Below are positions 49,299-58,165 of a stretch of DNA of 64,000 nt, in pieces. Below the pieces are notes generated by a model that had not been told where the DNA came from, made no database searches, and was given only the letters and a program-made list of their open reading frames with translations. The stretch's first letter is position 1; each line of letters begins with the position of its first letter. Source of the stretch: Candidatus Buchananbacteria bacterium (GTDB taxonomy: Bacteria > Patescibacteriota > Patescibacteriia > 2-01-FULL-39-33); contig CAISTG010000061.1 in assembly GCA_903888345.1 (NCBI GenBank), forward strand, positions 18,512 to 82,511, in the 5' to 3' direction. The position numbers were made by a program, and so were the translations under genes.

Positions 49299-50552
49299 TT
49301 AGTCAGATATTTTTTCAATTTTTGCTCCGAGGGCTTGTAGCCGATTGATTGGGCTTTCATAGCCGCGTTCGATTTGATAGATATTATCGATGATGGTGGT
49401 GCCCTGGGCGATTAAACCGGCCAAGACTAGGGCCATGCCAGCTCGCAAGTCAGGTGATTCTAATTTTCTGCCAAAGAGTGGCGTTGGACCGGAAACAATC
49501 ACGCGATGCGGATCACACATAATAATATTGGCGCCCATCGCGTTCAATTTGTCAGTATAAAATAGACGGCCATCATAAATAACTTCATGGATTAATGATA
49601 ATCCCTTAGCTTGTGTCATGAGCACTGTAAAAGGTGCTTGTAAATCAGTCGGGAAGCCTGGGTATTCGTGAGTTCGTAATTCAATCGCTTTTAATTTGGA
49701 AGGAAAAGTTTTGATGTAATCGGTGCCAACCTCTAGTTTTGCACCTGCTTTTTTTAGAGTTGCTAAAACCACTTCTAAATGTTGAGGCTGACAATTAGTA
49801 ACTTTAATTTCGCTATTGGTTAATAATCCCATAATGACGAAGCTTCCGGCTTCAATGCGATCGGGAATAATTGCACAAGTGCCGCCCCCGAGATTTTTTA
49901 CGCCTTCGATAGTGATAATCGGAGTGCCAGCACCGGAAATTTTAGCACCACAAGAATTTAAGTAATCAGCTAAAGCGGGAATTTCTGGTTCCATGGCCGC
50001 ATTAACGATAGTAGTTATTCCTTGAGCTAAGCAGGCTGTCATCATTAAACTTTCTGTGGCCGTGACTGCGATCCAGGGTAACACAATTTTAGCGCCTTTT
50101 AGTTTTTTGGCGCGCAAAGTGTAATGGCTGTCATGCTCTTCTATTTTGGCGCCCAAAGCTTCGAATCCGGCTAGGAACATATCAATGGGGCGTTTGCCAA
50201 TAACACAGCCGCCAGGATGGGCCATAGTTACTTCACCAAAACGAGCTAGTAGTGGCCCAGCAAACATCACTGAGGTTCTAAGTTTACGTACTAACTCTGC
50301 TGTGGGCTCGGTTTTATTGATGCCACTAGTTTTAATAGTAACTTGATTTTTGGTTTGTTCAATTTCGGCTCCTAAATCGGTTAAAATTTCTAGCATGCGG
50401 CTAGTGTCTTCAATTTCAGGAAAATTGGTAATAGTGCAAGGCTCGGCCGACATGACACAGGCCGCTAAGACCTTTAGCGCCTGATTTTTGGCCCCAGAGA
50501 CAGCAATGGTTCCAGTTAATTTGTGCCCGCCTTCAATTGAGTATTTAGTCAT
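49299..50552 (-). CDS. murA: UDP-N-acetylglucosamine 1-carboxyvinyltransferase
   Basis: GAKN, PGGCVIGKRP, EPEI, PDRIEAG, YPGFPTDLQA, DLRAG, RGYE. Confidence 0.96.
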   Translation of the reverse strand: MTKYSIEGGHKLTGTIAVSGAKNQALKVLAACVMSAEPCTITNFPEIEDTSRMLEILTDLGAEIEQTKNQVTIKTSGINKTEPTAELVRKLRTSVMFAGPLLARFGEVTMAHPGGCVIGKRPIDMFLAGFEALGAKIEEHDSHYTLRAKKLKGAKIVLPWIAVTATESLMMTACLAQGITTIVNAAMEPEIPALADYLNSCGAKISGAGTPIITIEGVKNLGGGTCAIIPDRIEAGSFVIMGLLTNSEIKVTNCQPQHLEVVLATLKKAGAKLEVGTDYIKTFPSKLKAIELRTHEYPGFPTDLQAPFTVLMTQAKGLSLIHEVIYDGRLFYTDKLNAMGANIIMCDPHRVIVSGPTPLFGRKLESPDLRAGMALVLAGLIAQGTTIIDNIYQIERGYESPINRLQALGAKIEKISD

Positions 50553-50620
50553 AGTTTTAGAGTGATTGATGTTTATAGCTTAACATTTATTGCCATATTT
50601 GTCGACTTAGAGTGTAGCTA

Positions 50621-50728
50621 TTGACATTTTTATTTATTTGTGGTTATATATTAGAAGCTGTCGTCAGTAGATGACAAAAGAACCTTACAATAATCAGTGG
50701 AATTGGCCATTGATTCAACCAGCAGGAG
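50621..50728 (+). promoter_or_regulatory. sigma70 promoter + structured leader + boxA-like motif + SD of orphan unit
   Basis: TTGACA at 50621; TA-rich -10 at ~50644-50652; hairpin tgtcgtc/gatgaca; GAACCTTACAA 50680-50690; AGGAG 50724-50728. Confidence 0.6.
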
Positions 50729-50736
50729 ATTAGCCA

Positions 50737-51408
50737 ATGGTGCCTTCGCAGTTAACTTTTCGGCGACATGCTTGTGATCGGTTGGCCGAAAGATTGTCAC
50801 TAACGGCTGAAGAAGTAATCGAGATAATCGACAATGACCTTTGCGTCTTAATCGGGGAAGAAGATAACCGCTATCATAAAGTATTTTATAGTCGGCCAGA
50901 TAAGCAATGCTTTGTCGCCATTCATGACCATGAAACTAATGAACTGGTCACTATCTTGCCGCTTGATTACCATCATCGTTGGCAAATATCTGAAGCAGTT
51001 TACTTCGAGGCTAAAGCCAAAATTTGTCCTTATGAGTTAACTCGGCCAGTTCAGCTGGAGCCAGTGTCGGAAATTCCGGCCGTGGTCTGTCCGTCTGCGC
51101 CCCTAGTTACTCCCCAGCAGGTAACCGCTAACGGTGCTAAAGAGCCGAGCGTTAACCTGAGGTTCATCTGTTATTTTCGGGGACGGATTGATGGCCGAGC
51201 ACATACCGCATCCTTTGGTTCCAAATTCTTGCTCGCCAATGTCAAGGAGCAGCTGGAAAGAATCGACCTGAAACAGCTGATCAAAAATAATGTTTCGGCT
51301 GATATTTGGAATGATTGCGAATTGCAATCGGTCTATTATCGTATCGGCAAGGATCGAACTTTGCATGAGTTTAATATAAGTGTTCCCGTAGAAATTCCGA
51401 GCGAGTGA
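50737..51408 (+). CDS. Hypothetical protein, DUF4258/RelE-like N-terminal domain
   Basis: HACDRLAER…LVTILP pattern; family inferred. Confidence 0.5.
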   Translation: MVPSQLTFRRHACDRLAERLSLTAEEVIEIIDNDLCVLIGEEDNRYHKVFYSRPDKQCFVAIHDHETNELVTILPLDYHHRWQISEAVYFEAKAKICPYELTRPVQLEPVSEIPAVVCPSAPLVTPQQVTANGAKEPSVNLRFICYFRGRIDGRAHTASFGSKFLLANVKEQLERIDLKQLIKNNVSADIWNDCELQSVYYRIGKDRTLHEFNISVPVEIPSE

Positions 51409-51491
51409 CATTGGACGCAAAATATATTTTTCAACCTAACAAGTTAATCGACGCGGCGATAACCGCGCCACAACCAGAAAGGATGCGGAAA

Positions 51492-52121
51492 ATGAACGAA
51501 GAATCAGTTTGGGATGAAAAATTTTTGACTGGTAAGCGAGTTTTGGTTGTTGATGAAGATCAGGGGTTGGTTGATAGTAATGTGGATTTGATGAGGATTT
51601 GGGATGCGAGTGAAGTTGATACTGCCCTGGATGCAACAACCGCTTTGGAGAAAATGAAGACCGAACCCTTCTATGACTTGGTGGTGCTCGAGATTGTCTT
51701 GCCCTTAAAACCAGAGTTGGCCGAAAAAATGGAACGTTGCAAAAATGCGCTTTCCGATCTCAGTCGGCAAAGAAACGCCCTGGTTGAGTCGCCGGACTTC
51801 GAACATGATGAGGCCAATCAAAAGTTTCAGGAAGCCAAAAGATTGGAACGTAAGATATCGTTTGTCGGTCAAACGGCAGATGACTCGCTGTATTTTAGGG
51901 CAGGATTGGAAGCGTTAATGGACTTGTCTAGTTATCTGAAGGCCAAGTTCGGTGATGACTTTGCCTCCAAGTTGCCGATTTTGGTACTGACGTCTCAGGA
52001 TAGCTACCTCGATGTCGCGTACCTGTTGAAGAGTACAGGATTGAATTATCGGCTCCTGGGTAAAGGAGCTAATATGGTGGCGATAGCAGCCAACATCAAA
52101 CGGCTGCTCAGTTTAGCCTAA
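51492..52121 (+). CDS. Atypical (pseudo-)receiver domain protein
   Basis: RVLVVDED, YDLVVLEIVLP, PILVLTS, LGK; AAAGGA SD upstream. Confidence 0.65.
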   Translation: MNEESVWDEKFLTGKRVLVVDEDQGLVDSNVDLMRIWDASEVDTALDATTALEKMKTEPFYDLVVLEIVLPLKPELAEKMERCKNALSDLSRQRNALVESPDFEHDEANQKFQEAKRLERKISFVGQTADDSLYFRAGLEALMDLSSYLKAKFGDDFASKLPILVLTSQDSYLDVAYLLKSTGLNYRLLGKGANMVAIAANIKRLLSLA

Positions 52122-52138
52122 GTTCCTTATTTGACCAC

Positions 52139-52167
52139 AAGTCAAGGAGATTCTCCTTGACTTTTTT
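52139..52167 (+). terminator. Intrinsic terminator overlapping the rplJ promoter -35
   Basis: aagtcaaggaga-t-tctccttgactt followed by a T-run. Confidence 0.75.
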
Positions 52168-52184
52168 ATTTATTCTGCTATACT
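52157..52184 (+). promoter_or_regulatory. sigma70 promoter of rplJL
   Basis: TTGACT-16-TATACT with extended TG. Confidence 0.65.
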
Positions 52185-52193
52185 TAAAGCATA

Positions 52194-52294
52194 TTCCGTA
52201 GAAAGTGGGTAAGGAGTTACAAAACCTTATAAATCCTACTGAGGAAAATAGCTTATTTTAGCTACTTTTACTACTGCGGAAACGCAGTTTTTTT
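52194..52294 (+). ncRNA. Ribosomal protein L10 leader with downstream attenuator hairpin
   Basis: ccgtaga.agt.gg…taaatcctactgagg matches the L10-leader pattern upstream of rplJ; then actgcg-gaaa-cgcagt-T6. Confidence 0.75.
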
Positions 52295-52326
52295 GTTGCT
52301 CAAAGCAAATTAATTGCGGTATATTA

Positions 52327-52467
52327 AATTCACCCCGTTTAATAAAATTATATTTCATATAATTTATGATTTGAACCCAGTTTAAATTAATGGGGTGAGT
52401 AAAGTTAATTAATAATCATATGATACAGAATAAGTAATATTATTCAAATCATATTTAACAGGGTAAA
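52327..52467 (+). repeat. ~141-nt structured element with terminal inverted repeats, copy B
   Basis: Ends aattcaccccgtttaata / tatttaacagggtaaa; hairpin aaattatat/atataattt; atgatttgaa/ttcaaatcat stem; shares gatttgaacccagttta with copy A. Confidence 0.8.
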
Positions 52468-52469
52468 CT

Positions 52470-52973
52470 ATGCCGAAAACAAAAGCACAAAAGACCGCTA
52501 TTTTGGAAACCTTAGGCGATAAGATTTCTCGAATGAAGTCCGCTGTTATGTTCAATTATGCTGGCATTGAAGTTAAGAACCTCAATAAACTCCGCGACAA
52601 GTGTCGTGCCGAGGGTATTGATTACATGGTTGCTAAAAAGACTTTATTAAAAAAGGTTTTAAGCGACAAAGGCTTAACCTCAGCTGCTGATCAAGGTTTT
52701 GGTGGAGAAATCGCTACTTTATTTTCTTATGATGATGAAGTTGCTCCAGCTCGACTCGTTGCCGCTTTCGCTAAAGAAAACGACAAAGTAAAATTTGCCG
52801 GTGGTATCTTTGAAGGTAACTTCATTGACGTTACTAAGGTCACAGAATTATCTAAGATCCCTTCTCGCAAAGAGTTGTTGGCCAAGGTGGTTGGTTGTTT
52901 ATCCAATCCAATGTCCGGCTTAGCTCGTGTTATTAATGCGATTAAGGAAGACAAAGAAAAGTTAGCTGCCTAA
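52470..52973 (+). CDS. rplJ: 50S ribosomal protein L10
   Basis: MPKTKAQK, YAGI.V..L..LR, VAKKTL, LSKIPSRKELLA. Confidence 0.95.
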   Translation: MPKTKAQKTAILETLGDKISRMKSAVMFNYAGIEVKNLNKLRDKCRAEGIDYMVAKKTLLKKVLSDKGLTSAADQGFGGEIATLFSYDDEVAPARLVAAFAKENDKVKFAGGIFEGNFIDVTKVTELSKIPSRKELLAKVVGCLSNPMSGLARVINAIKEDKEKLAA

Positions 52974-53003
52974 TAAATCTAAAAATAATAATAAAACAAA
53001 AAT

Positions 53004-53393
53004 ATGGACGAGCAAAAAGAAATCATTGTTCCTGAGAAATTCAAATCCTTAGTTGAACAAATCGATAAGTTATCAGTCGTTGATTTGGCTGAATTGGTAA
53101 AAGTTTTAGAAGAAAAGTTTGGCGTTTCTGCCGCTGCTCCAGTCATGGTAGCCGCTGCCGCTGGTGCCGCTGTTGAAGAAAAAGATAGCTTTGATGTTGA
53201 ATTGACTAACGCTGGCGCTAGCAAGATCAATGTTATTAAAGTGGTTAGAACTATCACTAGCTTGGGCTTAAAAGAAGCTAAAGATTTAGTTGATGGCGCT
53301 CCTCAAATTGTTAAAGAAGGTGCTAAGAAAGAAGAAGCTGAAAAAATTAAGAAAGAATTAGAAGAAGCTGGCGCTACTGTCACTCTTAAATAA
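53004..53393 (+). CDS. rplL: 50S ribosomal protein L7/L12
   Basis: [46 protein letters not shown]. Confidence 0.97.
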   Translation: MDEQKEIIVPEKFKSLVEQIDKLSVVDLAELVKVLEEKFGVSAAAPVMVAAAAGAAVEEKDSFDVELTNAGASKINVIKVVRTITSLGLKEAKDLVDGAPQIVKEGAKKEEAEKIKKELEEAGATVTLK

Positions 53394-53421
53394 TTGATTA
53401 GATAATCAATCAATTGGAAAT

Positions 53422-53474
53422 AAAAAATACGTCCGGTCACCAGTTTTAATAAGCTGGAGCTGGACGTATTTTTT
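53422..53474. terminator. Bidirectional intrinsic terminator
   Basis: aaaaaatacgtcc…ggacgtatttttt between convergent genes. Confidence 0.8.
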
Positions 53475-53493
53475 GTTGTCGAAACAATTTTAA

Positions 53494-55764
53494 TTAAAAA
53501 TCTAAATCAATCTGATAAATCTTGCCGGCCTTAAAGATCCAAGCCTTTTTTTCTTTGTATTGAGCAGCAAAAGCGGAAGAGGAAACAAATTGATTGGCGG
53601 CATATTGTTTTTTGAGGACGCCAGCCTTATCAAAAACAATCAATTTGCCAAGTTGGCCGTCCAAGAACCAGTTATAATTGTCGACTTCACTCGACATAGC
53701 AATAGTGGAAGAGGCGAGTGGTGGATCAACTAAAGGTGAGATAGTAGTGGGATTTTTGAGCAGGAAGTATTCTTTTGCGGGCTTACTAATTTTAGTGGCA
53801 GAATTCTTAGCAACGTCGTATTTGTAATAGTCTCCAGATTTTGCTTGCAATAATAAACTCTTGTCATCGATGGCAGTTAATTTTTTGATAGTCGGCAAAC
53901 TACTGGTGCGTAACTCTAATTTATCAGTTAGCGTATCGACGCGCAATAAATTACGATTGGCGTTATCGAAAACCCAAAACACTTTAGCTGTTCGAGCCAT
54001 ACCAACTAATTCGCTTAAATTTTGGCTTTTATTGAAATCGGCAAGGAGTTTCGGGTCAGCGATATAAGTGATGCGCTGTAAAGTGTAACTGGTGGTGTTA
54101 ATTTTGTCAGTTAATTGTTGTTTAAGGCTGTTGGTTGATCGTTTAGTCGGGATGGTTGCTAGCAGCTCCTTGGCTTTTTTGATGGCAGCGAGGGCACCAG
54201 CTTCGTCATTGAAGATGTTTTGCGCTTCAGCGGTATTAAGTTGAGTCTCAATATTTTTAGCAATTTGGTCATAGCCTGATCCAGTACCGCTAGCTTGATC
54301 AGTGGATCGTCCGATCATGACGATACTTTGCGAGAAGACGAAGAGCAGAACTAGGGCGGCGACAATGGCAATTTTCTGAGTTCGCCTAAAATTTAAAAAA
54401 ATAACAATTTGACGATTGAGCCAGCGATTAATGTGATCGGTTAGTGACTGGTCTGATATTGAAGGTGATAAATTGGCCGCCTCATCGACGAGAACTTCGG
54501 TTGATGACGCCTGAAGTGTGTCTTGATCGTAGTTATGATCATCTAGCGCTGCAATATTTTCGTTAATGGTCGCTTCAATGGATTCGCTGATTGTTATTGG
54601 GGCTGGATTAACGGTTGGCGTGGAATTATTTAATGTGATGGTTGGCTGGGCGGCTGGTTTGATTTTTATTTTGGCTGCTCTAGCCTTAATAACGCTAGCC
54701 AGGCCCAAGCTGAATTTTTTGGTTTGAATGATTGTTGCTCCAGTAAATTTTTTTAGACCTCCCCAGATTATAATCAATATTTTCTGCCAATTCGGCATTA
54801 GTGATGGGGTTAGGTATTTCTCAGTTTTGACTTGAGTATAAATTAAATGGTCAATTGATTGTTGTGGTTTGATATTCCGCACAACTGCTTGGTCAACCTT
54901 ATGGTTTAGGGTTTGAGTTTCGACTCGGGTTGGCGGTAATGGGGTTGGTGGCATGGTCGGAGCGGGAGAGTGGCGCAGTGGCAACGGCGCGTCAGCACTA
55001 GTTGCTGGTTCACTAATTTTTGTTTGGCGTTGTGACTCGATCTGCTCTAAGGCTGTTGATTCGACTAAAATATCCGGTCGTAAGGCAACAGCGTAAAAAT
55101 TTTTCTTGGCGATTTTTTCTTTAAGTGTCGTATCGATAATTTTTAGGGCTTCAGTGGGTGGGTTGCTGAGGGTGATGTCGGCTAAATCGTTTTGAGCGAA
55201 GTAACCTAAAAACTCTTCGTTAATGAAAATTAAGGCGTCTTTTTCTGAAAGTTCGCCACTTAAAATATTAGCAAAAATCTTTTCCGATTCCGGTTTGAAG
55301 GCTTTTTCTTGGCTACCAGCGAGAATATCAAACAACATTAACTCGGAACTTTTTTTACGACGACTAAAAAGTCCTTTGATGCGTCCGGTCGAAGAAATAT
55401 AAATTTTGTTTTCAAAAATGACGCCTAACACCGCAGAAATATTGCGGCAATCAACTTCTTCAATTGATTGAGTTAAAGCGTTCTGGATTCGGCGGTTTGC
55501 TCTGGCCAGTGCTTCTTCAAAGCGCTTTTCGATGCCGCGCTCTAAATTGTGTGGTGGCAAATAATATTCAGTTTTCAAATCATTGATAGCCTCCAAAAAA
55601 CCGTCAATGAAAGTGTCATTGATGTTGTAAATTTCGATGATGCCAAATAACACTCCAAGCTTTTTGGCTAGGTCTTTTTCTGGCTGAACAATAAAAGAAT
55701 CGCCGATAATGTTGCCGTCGGCTTCTAGGGCCAATTTGGCAGTTTTGATGTTAATTCCTTCCAT
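53494..55764 (-). CDS. Hypothetical single-pass membrane protein (PP2C-like N-domain, Pro/Thr-rich linker, C-terminal beta-rich domain)
   Basis: 756-aa ORF with one TM; domain labels inferred from sequence pattern. Confidence 0.6.
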   Translation of the reverse strand: MEGINIKTAKLALEADGNIIGDSFIVQPEKDLAKKLGVLFGIIEIYNINDTFIDGFLEAINDLKTEYYLPPHNLERGIEKRFEEALARANRRIQNALTQSIEEVDCRNISAVLGVIFENKIYISSTGRIKGLFSRRKKSSELMLFDILAGSQEKAFKPESEKIFANILSGELSEKDALIFINEEFLGYFAQNDLADITLSNPPTEALKIIDTTLKEKIAKKNFYAVALRPDILVESTALEQIESQRQTKISEPATSADAPLPLRHSPAPTMPPTPLPPTRVETQTLNHKVDQAVVRNIKPQQSIDHLIYTQVKTEKYLTPSLMPNWQKILIIIWGGLKKFTGATIIQTKKFSLGLASVIKARAAKIKIKPAAQPTITLNNSTPTVNPAPITISESIEATINENIAALDDHNYDQDTLQASSTEVLVDEAANLSPSISDQSLTDHINRWLNRQIVIFLNFRRTQKIAIVAALVLLFVFSQSIVMIGRSTDQASGTGSGYDQIAKNIETQLNTAEAQNIFNDEAGALAAIKKAKELLATIPTKRSTNSLKQQLTDKINTTSYTLQRITYIADPKLLADFNKSQNLSELVGMARTAKVFWVFDNANRNLLRVDTLTDKLELRTSSLPTIKKLTAIDDKSLLLQAKSGDYYKYDVAKNSATKISKPAKEYFLLKNPTTISPLVDPPLASSTIAMSSEVDNYNWFLDGQLGKLIVFDKAGVLKKQYAANQFVSSSAFAAQYKEKKAWIFKAGKIYQIDLDF

Positions 55765-55999
55765 TAGCTGATTAAGTATCTTATTTAGAGCAAAATTAAC
55801 CGCTAACTCCGCTAAATTGGACTTTTAGCGGGAGGCGGTTAGGCGGCGGGGTTTACCCTATATAAATAACGCAATTTTCTGTACATAATTGGCACTAATC
55901 GAATTTGATTAGTCTCTGACGTGTATGTCGTAATTTAATAGGGTTTACAATTGATCATTAATATTATACAATAAATATAAAGATATAGCAAAATAAATT

Positions 56000-56593
56000 A
56001 TGTTGGATAAGTTATTCGGATCGAAAACCAGGGTTTTACTACTGCGGTTATTTTTAAACAATCCCGAGAAGTATTTTTATGTCCGCGAATTGGCGCGTAA
56101 TTTGGAATCACATTTAAATAGTATCCGTCGTGAGTTGGATAATTTAGAAGAAATTGGCATTTTACTTTCGATTGATAAACCGGCAGATGAAGCCGGCGAA
56201 GAAGAGGCCGGTAATCGTAAATATTACAAACTCAACAAAGCTTTTTCTTTTGTTGATGATTTGCAGTCGTTGTTTGTCAAAGCGCATATGCTAACGGAAA
56301 ATACTTTAGCTGATAAGGTGGCGAAATTAGGCGACATTGATTTATTTTTGTTGGCTGGTGCCTTTGTTGGACAATTGGATGCGGCGTGTGATGTTTTAAT
56401 CGTTGGTTCAATTCCGAAACAAAAAGTGCAACGGTTAATTGTAAAATTTGAAAAAGAAATGGCCCGCACACTTAATTATGCTATCATGACTCAGAAAGAA
56501 TTCAGTTATCGCCGTAGTGTGGCTGATAAATTTTTGCTCGATATTTTAGAAAATAAGAACTTAATACTAATTAATCGTTTTAAGGAAGAATAA
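56000..56593 (+). CDS. wHTH + nucleotidyltransferase-like domain regulator
   Basis: LFGSKTR, YVRELAR, NSIRRELDNL, GNRKYY, LAGAF…DVLIVG. Confidence 0.75.
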   Translation: MLDKLFGSKTRVLLLRLFLNNPEKYFYVRELARNLESHLNSIRRELDNLEEIGILLSIDKPADEAGEEEAGNRKYYKLNKAFSFVDDLQSLFVKAHMLTENTLADKVAKLGDIDLFLLAGAFVGQLDAACDVLIVGSIPKQKVQRLIVKFEKEMARTLNYAIMTQKEFSYRRSVADKFLLDILENKNLILINRFKEE

Positions 56594-56618
56594 GCAAGTT
56601 CACCAATTAAAAAATACC

Positions 56619-57980
56619 ATGCGTTTTTTATTGAAGTTGCTGCTTTGTTTTGTTGTCGGTGTCTTAATGATGCCGATTTTTGCGTCGGCGCGAACCATGC
56701 CGGAAGTCAAGATATTTGATGTTAATGGCCAGTTAAAGCAAACAGTAAAAATCTTGAATGACGGTTATAATGGTTCGGTTAATTTTGCGGTTGGCGATAT
56801 CTTAGCCGGAGATGCTAAGGAGTTAGTCATTTGTCAGGGGGCGGGAACCAGTACTAAGATTTGGATTTATGATTTAGCCGGCGATGTACTAGAGAGCTTT
56901 TTCCCCTATGGAGAAGGCTTTAACGGTGGTTGCTCGGTGGCTTTGGCAGATAATAATGGTGACTTAAAAGATGAAATTATTGTTGGCGCTGGTGCGGGCG
57001 GTGGCCCACAAGTTAAAGTTTTTAAGGGTAGTTATGAACAACGCAGTTTTTTTGCTTTTGATAAAAAACAGCGCAATGGAGTTAAGATTGCATCAAGAGA
57101 TTTGGGTCACGATGGTCGAGCAGAAATTATAGCTTTTTCTAATTATAATCAAGTGCCCGAATATGATATTTTTGATAATAGTGGAGCTAAGATTGCTGGT
57201 TATAAGCTGTCAGATTTGAATAATAATGGGGTTGATTTGGTGGTGGGTGATTTTAATGGTGATGGCCTGAAAGAAACGGCCTATATTGGTGGTTATGGCA
57301 ATAAATTAGAAATAAAAATTGTTGGTTATAAGAATAAGTTGTTAAAAACAATACCTTATGCCAATGTTGATTTCAGGGGCAGTTTAAATTTGGCGGCAGG
57401 TGACATTAATAATGATGGGCAAGAAGAGTTGGTGGTGACAGAGGGTTATGGCGGCAATGGTCAAGTTAGTATTTATAATTTTGACGGGGTAATTGTTAAG
57501 TCTTTTAAGGCTTTTGATAATTTTTCTGGTGCTTTGGGTGTGGCGATTAATGATATCGATAATGACGGTCGTCCCGAGATAATTATTTTACCAGAACAGC
57601 TCGGCGCCGATTTACAGAATTCAGCCTACAAATTCGCAACTGTTGATTTGACTACACAAACCGCTTTTCGTTATCAAGACGGAAAATTATTGGACACCTT
57701 TTTAATTTCTTCTGGTAAGGCACCGAATCTGACTCCATTAGGAGCTTATGCGGTGACGCGAAAGCGACCTAGTGTCCATATGACTGGTCCCGGCTATGAT
57801 CTGCCAGGGGTGCCCTGGGTAACATCGTTTTTTGGTGCGTTCACTTTTCATGGTACCTATTGGCATCATAACTTCGGTCATCCGATGAGTCATGGTTGTA
57901 TTAATATGAAAACTCCGGAAGCAAAAATTATTTATGATTGGAGTCAGGTGGGGATGCCGGTGATCATCTTTCAAAGTTAA
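56619..57980 (+). CDS. L,D-transpeptidase with FG-GAP/VCBS repeats
   Basis: Signal peptide, repeated GD.N.DG..E motifs, C-terminal ISSG…TP.G…HGTYWH…SHGCIN. Confidence 0.9.
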   Translation: MRFLLKLLLCFVVGVLMMPIFASARTMPEVKIFDVNGQLKQTVKILNDGYNGSVNFAVGDILAGDAKELVICQGAGTSTKIWIYDLAGDVLESFFPYGEGFNGGCSVALADNNGDLKDEIIVGAGAGGGPQVKVFKGSYEQRSFFAFDKKQRNGVKIASRDLGHDGRAEIIAFSNYNQVPEYDIFDNSGAKIAGYKLSDLNNNGVDLVVGDFNGDGLKETAYIGGYGNKLEIKIVGYKNKLLKTIPYANVDFRGSLNLAAGDINNDGQEELVVTEGYGGNGQVSIYNFDGVIVKSFKAFDNFSGALGVAINDIDNDGRPEIIILPEQLGADLQNSAYKFATVDLTTQTAFRYQDGKLLDTFLISSGKAPNLTPLGAYAVTRKRPSVHMTGPGYDLPGVPWVTSFFGAFTFHGTYWHHNFGHPMSHGCINMKTPEAKIIYDWSQVGMPVIIFQS

Positions 57981-57996
57981 AAAATTGATATATCTT

Positions 57997-58023
57997 AAAG
58001 CAGCCGAAGTTAGGCTGCTTTTT
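57997..58023 (+). terminator. Intrinsic terminator
   Basis: aaagcagcc-gaagtta-ggctgcttttt. Confidence 0.8.
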
Positions 58024-58027
58024 AGTC

Positions 58028-58158
58028 TTGACTAAAAAATTTAATTGAGGTATTGTTCTAAATTAGATCTGCTTTGGCAGGCTAGCGTACTTTTAAAAAG
58101 GTCGATCTGGGGTTCTGACATAGGGTTGGAGCGTAGGGGTCGGCTATAATAGAGGAGG
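58028..58158 (+). promoter_or_regulatory. sigma70 promoter + boxA-like motif + SD of orphan unit
   Basis: TTGACT(58028)-17-TATTGT; GTACTTTTAAAA 58087-58098; GAGGAGG 58152-58158. Confidence 0.55.
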
Positions 58159-58165
58159 ACAAAAT

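Noticed and set aside
56000-56593. MNT-HEPN toxin-antitoxin system
   Set aside because: No adjacent HEPN gene and the nucleotidyltransferase motif is degenerate; more likely a stand-alone regulator.
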